From Klebsormidium nitens (Eukaryota > Plantae > Klebsormidiophyceae): 64,000 bases of DNA. A program made the translations under genes and the position numbers. The first letter of the stretch is position 1; every line of letters starts with the position of its first letter. Under the pieces are notes generated by a model. That model saw only the letters and a list, made by a program, of their open reading frames with translations. It was not told the origin of the DNA and searched no databases. Where the stretch lies: positions 69,899 to 133,898 of the forward strand of contig DF237035.1 in assembly GCA_000708835.1 (NCBI GenBank), in the 5' to 3' direction. Positions 1 through 11,197 of this stretch are shown here, one piece after another.

Positions 1-91
1 TTTCACAAACTGGTTCACAAAGCTCCCTGCCAGTCAAATAGCCAGGGTTTACATTTCCAAGTCCGCAAACTAGGTGCGGAACGCTACTCAC

Positions 92-512
92 CGAGCAGCA
101 GCCCGTCCATGTCAAACAGAATGTGCGTGATCTTCCGCCGCTCATTGTGCACTCCTCCCGAAATTGCGCCATGCAGAATTCCGGGGCCAAGCACGGGTGC
201 GGTGGCAACTGCGCCGTCACTATCTACGGGAGCGATCGCTATCTTCACCCCTACCTCCGATTGTTTGCTCTTCATTATGAAACTCTCGGCCTTGTCGGCA
301 GCGGGAACTTCGTCCTCCATGTTCGTCTCGCGTCCGCTCATTCTAGTTGCAATGTGAAGGCAGCGCTTGTGGTTGCTCCAGAGGGACTGGGAGAGGTTTG
401 GAAACTTGAACCTGCTCGGGTTGAGAGGGTTTCTGCCAATGTGCTGGGCACCAATGGTGGATTGAAGAGCGTGAAGAGCTGGACGAAGGGCAACCCTTGA
501 AAACGCCCTCAT
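92..512 (-). CDS. GPP1: HAD-superfamily phosphatase, GPP1/GS1/HDHD1 (pseudouridine-5'-phosphatase)-like; first exon only, gene continues off the window start
   Basis: ATG at 512 reads MRAFSRVAL...ITHILFDMDGLLL, then a phase-1 donor (ctcg|gtgag at 92/91). HAD motif I (DxD) matches the ITHVIFDMDGLLLDTE start of this family. The long N-terminal extension resembles a transit peptide. Confidence 0.85.
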
Positions 513-1389
513 TAACCGGAGCTCAAATCGCCAGATTCGCGTTTCACACACACTCCATGACACCGGCGAGCTATCACTTCTGCTAATATCAAGGCACTGC
601 AACTTCTTTTGCGGCCCGCACCCAGATGCTCGTCGGTTGACAGCCACTCTGGACAAGCTTGGCGCCTGAATCCCACATTTACCTTTCAATCTGGGCAACA
701 AAGTCGTCTACAAATCTACCCTGAATTCAAGCGTCCTTCAGCCCTTTCATGCTTATGCAACCAGTGCGAGCTTTGCAGTGTATATAAAGTGTGGGCTGGC
801 AGTGGGACTCTGAGAAGCGCAATGTCCACTGCGGCTGCCTGAGTTTTGAAAGCTGCCAGTGCCTGGTTAGATCAGTAACCGAAATCACACAGGCACCCTG
901 GTTACAGCTTTGCCTCCTCTCCAAGTCACCTCCGTTATCGTTCAGTGTCTGGTGGACCGGTAGCTCGCGGCCTCCAAATAATATATTGTGTAGTCTAGAC
1001 AACCGCCGGTCCGGCGGCCGCCTGCTTGTCGGGCAACTTTGACCATTATCGGTGTAACCCGCCTGTTTTTCATTGGTCAAGCTCATAACCCCTGGTTTGC
1101 TGTGTCAAAGTGAAGGTTGCTGAGGGAAAAACCTCCCTGCATTTCTCTTCCACGAGGCAGACATGCATGATGGCATTGACTTCTCCACCCCCTCCTAGAA
1201 CGCTGCATGAAGGCTGCATGCCACTATGATGGCCCCCAGCTTGCTGCCCTGCAGGGCTGGGCTGGACGCCACAGCAACACCGGAAATGCCTCCCACATTT
1301 TGCAGCTCACCAGAGCGAAATTGCAGGCTGTTACAGCTGACTTGCTGTAAAGTTCTACCTAAACAGGCGCCGATTGCAACGTCAGCAAC

Positions 1390-4300
1390 ATGGCTCCCCC
1401 GGACTACAAAGACTTGTTCTCGATCAAGGGCAAGACCGCCCTGGTGACGGGGGCGTCATCGGGAATCGGGTCCCGCTTCTCTGTGTTCCTGGCATCGCAA
1501 GGGGCATCGGTGGTGGTGGCAGCCCGCCGGAAGGACAAGCTGCAAGATCTTGTGCTGGTCGGGACTACAATCTATCTGTTTCTATATGTTTTCAGTCCCC
1601 AGTTATGGCCTGTCTTATCATTCTTCTTTTTGCATACTTGGGGCATGACAGCGTAATGCTGACAGAGGATTGCATTTTGAACCAGGTGTGTCAAAGGCAA
1701 TTGCTGTGGAATATGGGTGTCGCAAAAGCCAGACATGCAGGATATGTATGGATGTGTGAATTTCTCATGTGAAGGGGGACATGGAACCACACAAGTAAAG
1801 GTTCGTGCCAACCAACACGCATCCAGTTACTTCTAAGAATAGGGGAAAAGACATCACGGAAGCAATCCAGAGGCTGCACTCGCATGTTCAGGAACTCTGC
1901 CATACCCAATCCGATCAGACTGCTGTCTGATAGGTGGTGGGGGAATAACAAACTTGAAGAGCTCAAAATTGTCCTCCCGTTGAAAGCAGAAGGGAAGATG
2001 TTTGATAGTTCAGGATGGTTTTCAACACAGAATGTTTATCAGGGAAGTCGATATTGCCTTTTGATCAGCAAAAATCCCACCAAGTCAATGCTTTTCTTCC
2101 AGAAGTCTATTCAGTTCTTCATGAGTCAGAGTGGGTGCTTTTCCTGGCTGCAAAGCTGTTGCTTTGATTGTACCCTTTCATTGCTTCCCTTTCCTGTGGG
2201 GCCCAATGCATGCTCATCAAAACTCACTTACTATTGCAGGAGATTGAAAAGTCCGGCGGCAAGGCGAAGGCTGTCGAGCTGGATGTGTCAGCAGACCAAG
2301 AATCAATCAAGAGGAGCGTAGACGACGCCTGGGCAGCCTTCGGCAAGCTGGACATTTTGGTAAGGAAGGGGAATCGGGCGATCATGAAGAGAAACTTTTC
2401 CTGATTTGATGCTAGTTCCCAGTCGAGATTGGCTGCCAATCTGAGACAATGGGTGTTCAGCTGTATCTCCGTTCCGCTAATACCAATCCGTCTTTGTGTT
2501 CCACCCTTTCGGGCTGGTCAGAATCGTCAAGGAATTGTCGTGTTCCTGTAGAGATGGACCCCAGCCTTTCATCCAATCGATGAACATACTATGCGTGCTT
2601 GAAAGACATACTGCCATACCTCAAAGTTCTAGCATCTTTTTGCCCTTCAGTCCCTCCCTCAGTTCGAAGATTCTATTCCAACATCGCTGTACAGTGTCTT
2701 TGGATACCTACTCAGAAAGATGAACCGGACAATGTGGATTGGTCCAGAGAATCAGCACTCTTACTTTCCATCGTCGCACAAACCGGCACTCGCTTTAGAA
2801 TGGATTCCTTTATTTGTTGAAATGGAGAATCAGTCGCTCAGCCGATTCTGTTGATCGTGATCGATTGGATTTGCGCCTGCTCACTTTTCAGGTAAACAAT
2901 GCGGGGTACGGTGGCGGCGAGGGCATCCTCAAGGACAGCCAAGAGAAGTTCGACGCAATTTTCCACACCAACGTGCGCGGCCTCTACTTCACGGCCCAAG
3001 CCGTCGCCAAGCTGATGGTCGACCACGACATCTCGGGCAGAATCGTAAACACGAGCTCGATCGCGGGGGGGGAGGTGATCCAAGTCGGGCATGCCATCTA
3101 CGCAGCCTCCAAGGCCGCGGTTATCCAGCTAACCAGGTGGGTCAGCGCCTCTAAAAGCTGGGCGTCCTGTGTGCCACCTTCCAGTTAGTCAGAAGGGTCA
3201 GCAAATTCTGACGCAATTCTTCTCTGCTTCTCGAGTTTGCCAGGTGGGTTAGCGGTGTTTAAAGTTGACATTCAGTTTATTGATAAGATAACCAGGTGGG
3301 GTAATGTCAGAATGACCAGGTGGGTTTGCGGAATTCAGGACGCTTGATGAAGAGGGTTCTGTGCTTTCTTTTTCACTGTGCACAGGATGGCGGGACGTCA
3401 GACTTGATCTTGCCGATTGGCGTTCAAGCGTTCCTCTGGTCTTGATGGGATCGTCGAAGGGAGGTCCAGCTGTCCGTTGTCAAGTTCAGCTTTTGCAAGC
3501 GTAGATTATGTTCAGAAGCCTTTTATACATCTTTTAGGGGCAAAGACACCTGCTCGTAGGTCTAGCCTGGCTGTCGCTCCAATTCTGCGCGCTCCCTTTC
3601 GAAGCATGTCTCGCGCTTTTACTCCCAAGCCGCTTCTTGGTTCTTACATGTTCAGCTTGTTCTTTGATGTGAGGCGAGTCTCGTGCACTTTAGAGGTCTC
3701 TTCGACGGTTTGGCTTGAAGTTGGGCGATTTCCCGTTCTGTTCAACGACAAAGCTTCTGCTGACTTCTGCAGAGCCATTGCGATTCGAGATCGTGGAAGA
3801 ATCGCCCGGTGTGTGCTTTTTCTCACGTTTGACGTCTTTGCTGACGTGAGCAAAGCCTTCAATTACGTCTGCAGGGCGATGGCGGTCGAGCTGGCCCCCA
3901 AGGGCATCAACGTGAACAGCATCGCGCCCGGCGTCTTCCCGTCGGAGATGACGAGCGAAGTGGTCGGGAGCGAAAGCGCCAAGCAAGTCCAAAGGGCAAT
4001 TCCTGCGCGCAGGTTGGTGTAACTTCCGCTCGATCCAACTTCAACCTGGTTGAATCCCGTGTTCCTCGTGAGAAGTTCTAGACATTTTTCTTTAGGAAGC
4101 AAAAGTTTCCCTGCGCTTTTAACAAGGTCTGTGGTTTCGTGCCGCTCATGCTGCTTGTTTCGGCGTGCTGCTCGTTTTTCCCATTGCAGAATGTTCTCCC
4201 TTTCGCAATCCGTTTTTGTAAGGACGAGCAATACTCTCTATTATTCGCCTTTGCCTATCGAAGCATTCTTCCGCGTAGTTGAAGCGACACCTTCGGTGTC

Positions 4301-5268
4301 ACGTTTGCTTCTGACTTCTCGTCGCTCATGGCTGAGAGGGCGAAGAGAACAGTGCAGAAGACCTTCGCGCACTCGTCGCTCAGGTCGAAGGGCCCTAGAT
4401 GTTGTCAGGGCAAGGACAAGAGAGCCCAGCAGAGAAAGTCCTTAGAAGCGTTCGGCTTTTAAAATGGCCGTCTGATTTATCCGTCAGCTTTGATCTGGTT
4501 CCTATTTTTCAAAGCAGGAGACGATTGAATGAGCCTATGACTGGGTGGCTTTCTAGACCGTCTTGTAAGATTCCAATGTTGCTGACGTCGTAAGGAGTCA
4601 GCTGCTTCAATTGCTTGTTGGGATCTACATCAGCGCCAGGTCGGACGCAATTCCTGGCGTTTTGCTGGCCACTTGGGTCCTCAGCCGCTGCGGTCACTTG
4701 AGATTGTCTTACGTCACGCTGCTAGCAGAGTTTCGAACTTCTTGACCAGATTTTAAAGGTCATTTCAGGCGGTATCAGGGTCGGAAGATGTTGGGAACTA
4801 GGACACCGACCCGTTTTTTGGGTTCTGACCTTTCAGAGCATCAGGTGGTTCGTTGAACGGACCCACTTTTTGACCAATTCTGGGCGAAGTATTTTGTCGC
4901 GGATGTCAACATGGCCCCATTCATTCAACTAATGGCGGTTCGAAAAAACAGGAATTATGAGTCCGACTTTCTGGTGGCTGGTCGAAGTCTACTGCAAGTT
5001 ACGCGCACCGGTTATCCGAAAGTAGCCCTGCACTTATCGGAGAAAATGAGTCCGCTTCTCTCCTCGCTGTTCTTCAATCTCTGAATGCCTGTTACGTTTC
5101 TTTTCCTCCAGGTACGGAGACACGGAGACGGACATGATGGGCGTCCTCCTGCTCCTCGTGAGCGAGAAAGCGTCACAGTACATCGTCGGTGTGACCATCC
5201 CCGTGGACGGCGGACATTCGCTGTACACAATGAGCCTGTCGAACCCAACGGCCATCTTTGAGGAATAG
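1390..5268 (+). CDS. Classical short-chain dehydrogenase/reductase, copy 1 (At3g55290-like), 275 aa, 5 exons
   Basis: Exons 1390-1557, 2240-2359, 2892-3136, 3875-4012, 5112-5268 total 828 nt, in frame, all GT-AG. Motifs TGASSGIG, NNAG, SS...YAASK, VNSIAPG, IPVDGG. Confidence 0.93.
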
Positions 5269-6365
5269 ATTTTGACGCAGGGCTTAGAACACGGTGATAA
5301 GAAAGTACTCTCGTCCAGATAATGCGGAAGTGAGTTAGCAGCTTGAGAACGTCAGAAAAGAGTCGAGATGCAACAACGATTTTAGTTGCTAGGAAGCAGA
5401 TCTTGTGTACTACACATGATGTACATGTACTTTACTAATGAGGAGAGTGTATCATATAAACACCGCAGTGCAGTAAAGTGCAGCAAAATGTTACGGACTG
5501 ATATTTCCGATATTTTCTCAGCGGATGGCGCTTCTGCTCTTTTTCAATGAGGATATACCACACGAATATGTTGGGTTTTGCTAGCATCATTGACCGTGGT
5601 CACTCTGTCAGAAAGTAAGAGAGATTAAGCCCTTCGACTGGCCCTCGCCTGGCCCTCATCATTGTTGATACCATCTCTGGCCAAATCTCTTAGTTCCTTT
5701 ACGGCACATGCATAGTACTATGATGTATGAACGGCTCAGCATGGTGGTTTACTTAAATTATATAGACTCGCAGCTTGTTTTGCATGCCGGTTCTAAGCCC
5801 CCCGCTGCAGAGCTGGACCACAGCCGATCGACGCACTGCACTGCGGCGCGAGTGGCGACCGTCGCACCAGCATTTGACCAAACCATCTACTTCGTCGGAA
5901 ACGTCCTCAACGCCAATCATTGTCAATGCACGGAAGACTCCTCATGCAGTCCGTATACTAAGTCATCCTTATCGGCGCTGCATTTGGAGCATTCTGCCGA
6001 TCCACGGAGGTACAAAGCAGTACAGCGCTTCTCCGTGAGCCCTTCCTGAACGTGCCTGCATGCCTTCGTCAAGTTGGGGTATGTCAACCTCAAGTCCTTT
6101 CAAGCTATTGTTCAGTACAGTTGACATTGGCCGATCCTCGAGCCCATGATGCTCAGTCCGTGGCTCCACAGTGCTGCTTTGCTGGGCATGCAGTTGACTT
6201 ATCATTGCTCGGAGGTTCAGCAAACCAAGAAAGTTTTTCCACCAGGAATAGTTGCTCGAAGGGTTCAGCAAAGCAGGAAGTCTTTTAATCAGGAATAGTC
6301 TTGGGCTGTCACAGCAAAGCTGCCTTGGATACCTCCAACAATCAGGCGTCGTTTGCAACGTCAGC

Positions 6366-9300
6366 ATGGCTCCCCCCGACTACAAGGATCTCTTCTCAAT
6401 CGAGGGCAAGACGGCCCTGGTTACAGGGGCATCGTCGGGCATCGGGTCCCGCTTCTCCGTATTTCTGGCGTCACAAGGGGCATCGGTGGTGGTGGCAGCT
6501 CGCCGGAAGGACAAGCTGCAAGACCTTGTTCAGGTTAGAAATCATTCCTTTTAATCGGCTCCAATTAAGGTTACTTTCCGGGCGCCCTTGTACATTTTGC
6601 AAGATGTTGTGAAGGTCAGGAATCGTTCCTTTCTAGGGGTTTCAATTGGGTTCATTTGGTTTTATTACGCCCTTGTGCGCTTGGAGCATGAGAGTAGGAG
6701 GTGACTGAGAGATGATATTTCACACCGGTTTCACGGAAGCCGACCGCTGCCAGTTTTAGATTTCTGCAAGGCTGACACGTACAGGACTATCTTCGATCAA
6801 AGTAAACACGAGTCAAGCAATGGAACTGGACCTTTTGCAACTACATCCCATCAGCGTGTATTGAACCACCATCCACAAATTAGAAAATTTGTAGGAAAGA
6901 GACCGAGAAGATTGCAGTCAAGATTCTTTGGAATCTGTATGTCTCTCAAACTTTCCTTCAATCAGAGTCAGTACTTTATCTGGATTCAAGGTACTGCTTC
7001 ACTCGACCTTCCTGACTACTCTCCTTTCCTGCGGGTCCGGTGCATGACGTTGAGATCTACTCCGTGTGCAGGAGATTGAAAAGGCGGGCGGCAAGGCAAA
7101 GGCAGTCGAGCTGGATGTGTCGGCGGACCAGGAATCGATCAAGAGGAGTGTGGACGAAGCCTGGGCAGCCTTTGGAAAGCTGGATATTCTGGTAAGGAAG
7201 GAAACGTAAAGGCACCGATGCGGAAAGCAATAGACCTCACCCTCTGAACCGACGAACGTTCTGCCCGCTTCATCCCTTTACAAAATATATGCTGCTTGTA
7301 GGGAGATAGAAGCGGAACACCTGTTTCTAGCTCAGACGGCCGGCAGTGTCCTGATTCGTTTCGAGTCCGCTGAGTGTACTCAAAAGGCGCTTCCACAAGC
7401 TGCATCTGGACAGATAGCACCTCAGTCGTTGCACGAGATGAGTTTCTCGAGAATAACCTCGTCCGTCTTTCCAGATGGACATCTCGGTCGTTCCAGCTGT
7501 TGATGGGCGCCTCTCACGAGGTTTGGTCAGCCCCACAGCTCTCGCAAGCTTGTCAATGACTTGCGATTGCAATGCGCCCAGTGAAAAGTGCCATACGAAA
7601 CTCGATTTGCCCGAAAGTGTGTCTCCACTCTCCAGGTGAACAACGCAGGGACCGCCGGTGGGGAGGGCCTTCTCAATGACCGGCAAGAGACGTTCGACAA
7701 AATTTTCAACACCAACGTGCGCGGTCTCTACTTCACCGCTCAAGCCGTGGCTAAGCTGATGGTCGATCATGATGTTACGGGCAGAATCGTAAACACGAGC
7801 TCGATTGCTGGGGCGGAGATGGTCACAGTTGGGTACGCCATCTACTCTGCTTCCAAGGCCGCGATTATCCAGCTAACCAGGTGGGTCAGCGGTTCTGTTG
7901 GCTGGGTTAATTCAGCTAAACCAGGTCGGACACAACAATCTGAGGTTGCGCTTTCATCGCTTTGAATAATGATGAGGTGGGTTAGCGGAGTTTCGAACTC
8001 AGTGCTTTTTGAAACGGATCAGGTGGGTTAGAAGCGATGGCTTGTGCGCTTCGCTTCTCAGTGAGCTCATATACGAGACTTCATCCTGCGTGGTCCATTA
8101 CTATTTCGTGGCACTGTCGGAGGATTCCTGCCTTCAAAAGTTGTGAGTCTTCCTACTCTTCGCCTGGAAGCTCTATATGATTCTCCTCGATCCCGTCCTG
8201 GCTCAAAGCAACTTGGACTGCTTCTACCTTTCCGCCGGGCAGAGGTTTGCAGCACTAGTTTGAAAGGACAGGAGAAAAGCCTCCGGTAAAGCATTCTCCA
8301 GAGATTATCCGGTGCCTGACTGAAATCTGTTTCGATTCTGATATACATATAACGAAGTGGAACGGCCCTGCCGAAGCTTCGTCGTTGAAAGGCAGACTTA
8401 CCTGCTTCTGCTTTTCCCTTACGTCTGACGCCTTCGCTGACATCAGCAAAGTTCGTGATTGCGTCTGAAGGGCGATGGCGGTCGAGCTAGCTCCCAAGGG
8501 CATCAATGTGAACAGCATCGCGCCCGGCGTCTTCCCGTCAGAAATGTCGAGCCCATTTACTGAGAGCGAACAAGCCAAGCAAGTCCAGAAGGCACTCCCT
8601 GCGCGCAGGTCGGTTTCCAAATCACTAACTCCATATTTGGATTCAGTCACATATATTTCTTTTTCCTTGTCTTTGGAGTCAACTTTTGTCGATTGATTGT
8701 CATTGCTCAAAACTGTTCATTTTATCGCTCAAATCATTTCTCAGGAAGAGCTTGGACTTTCCTGTTGACATTCCTTGGGCGGTACGTAGTTCCTTTTCAA
8801 CGTTCTGCAGGGCTGCTTCTGCTTTCCATATCCGTGTTTTGATCGCACAACCAGTCGGCCACATCCTTTGGAGCATCCTTGAAGCTACTCGATTCATTTA
8901 TATGTTGATCGGATCGAATTCTCGTCGTGATTGGTTATCCCCCTCCCCTTTCCCATCATATTCGAATCGAATGGAGAAGGGACACTGCAGAATGCTATCT
9001 TCGTAGTTTGTATTCTGCCGAAAGGGCCCCTGACGTCATCCACGCGTGTAAGCAAAGGATCTGCAGGGAGCCCATTGAAGAATCTTTCCCTCGTGCAAAG
9101 CGCTTGTTTGACAGCCGTCCGATTGTTCCGTCGGATTTGACCCTCGTCCTCTCCTCGACCAGGACAGGGTTTAATTTCGCAACTTTCGATGCTTGGAGGC
9201 CTGGACGTTGATTTGGGAGACTGTGATCTTGCTGAAGTCACAAACGCGAGCATGTTAATATGAATACAAACCTACCTGCAAGCTCTCGAGTCTGTCAAGT

Positions 9301-9539
9301 GAAAGGCCGCCTTGTCATGACGGTTGAACCTGCCCCGCTTCTATGCATGTTCTCAATGTTCTATTACCATCTTAAATCACAGGTACGGAGACACGGAGAA
9401 GGACATGATGGGCGTCCTCCTGCTCCTCGTGAGCGAGAAAGCGTCACAGTACATCGTCGGTGTGACCATCCCCGTGGATGGTGGACATTCGCTGTACACC
9501 ATGGACCTATCGAACCCAACAGCCATCTTTGAGGAGTAG
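6366..9539 (+). CDS. Classical short-chain dehydrogenase/reductase, copy 2 (tandem paralog), 275 aa, 5 exons
   Basis: Exons 6366-6533, 7072-7191, 7636-7880, 8471-8608, 9383-9539 have the same lengths and phases as copy 1. Motifs TGASSGIG, NNAG, YSASK are intact. Confidence 0.93.
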
Positions 9540-11197
9540 CCCACCTGGCACGAGTGCGAGCTTTAGGTTGAAGAGGTACTGGAGAGCGATTTGTTTAGAT
9601 GATGCCTCAGCGGGTAGGGGCTTGCAGAGTCAAAGAGGGCTGCCGGATGATGCGACGATGATGTATGTCGAATAACGAAACTTGCATGATCATATCAAGT
9701 GAGTGATATACAGAGCAAGGATCTCGCTCGAATTCTGTACCATAGTTGGTATAAAAAGCGGCCATATGCAGACTGCACCCGCGGTTCAATGGATGATTAG
9801 AACTGCTTGGAAAGGCGGCGCGCGCATAAGGTGCATATGCATCCGGCCGCGCATGTGATTCATTGTAGATTCGACCAGACATACTTTCTGGAAAGCGCGG
9901 CCATCTTTTCTGCATCGCAACTAGATATACTTTTGTGCGAGCTTCCAACAATTGAAGGTCCGACACGCGTGCATTATCGACAATTTTGACCTGACGTTTT
10001 TAAGTTCATGATTTCGCCCGCCTATACTAGTCAAGTAATGCTTATGGCACTGCTGGCCCACGCAACTTATATACATGGCGATTTGAGGCTGGCCGAGCAC
10101 ATGCTGAGTTGCGTGCAGATATTAGTATACACCTATCTGATCGAGTGTGCGTATACGCGGACCGTCATGCAATTTCAGTGAGTGCCTTAATTGTGAACTC
10201 GATGAAACCGTGGGCGTTTGTGTATACGCGTCCTGCTGAGGCTGCAAGCTAGCTCAGTATGGCGGTTATGTACATGCGATACTTCGTTCTTGGAGCACAC
10301 AAACTAGGCGGCGGCTTAGAAATGACCCGCCAATATCGGTCCATATAGATCTGCAAAACATTACTACGCACTTCCAATCTGAGGTAGTTTACGCACATGC
10401 CGCGCGCGCATGATCGACGCCTCTCTAGCTCCTTCATGCAGGTAATGCGGCCAACAAGTTTGCAACACTCTGAGCTCCCTTCTTGTCGCCACAAATCTAG
10501 GCTAGTGGAGAATCCAATGATGCGTCGACTTCGTGTACTTTCTGCACGTGCCATATTTGGGTCCCACGGAAATGCTATTCCGACCACGATTCGAGCTGAG
10601 CTACGAGCGGAATGTTGGATTCACTCTGCTGACAGCAACTGCACGTAAACGAAGAACGTCAAGTTATCAACCAGAGACCCCTCAACGACGTGCATCGGGG
10701 ATACATGTCTCTTTCTGCCAAACTACGTCCAAAAGCACGACCATCGCTTGGGGTCGAAGCATACATGCGGCAATAAAACATTGCTGCGCGCCTCCGCACC
10801 TGCGAACCCGATTGTCAAACCACTCTCCGATACATTCCTCCTCGGTTGCGCTCGGTTGCCGCGCTCTGCACCACCGTAACCACTTTACTTTAAGAAGCTT
10901 CCGCTCCCAAAAAGCAATCCTTTGGTCAGAGGACCACAGTGGGACCATGCACAGCAAAGGTGTTGAAACCTTTTCGGCTGACCCGAAAGCAAGGGAATCA
11001 TCAAACAGGGCCTCCAGAGAAGCTGACGCAGTCGTAACTCAGTCGTAAGCAAATCACCTTCACCAGAACCCCTCGGCAAGCTGAAGGAACTCTTGCTCAC
11101 AGACTTACCGGGTCTCGCCCTCTAGTTCTGCGGACCAGCAACAGACTCGCACGCTGCGGCCGTTTGCGGTGTCTCAGACATGAAGCGTGCGCGTCTG

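Noticed and set aside
10249-11100. ORFs of 112-171 aa downstream of TAF1B
   Set aside because: No motifs, no consistent splice structure, non-ATG starts; likely 3' UTR or intergenic.
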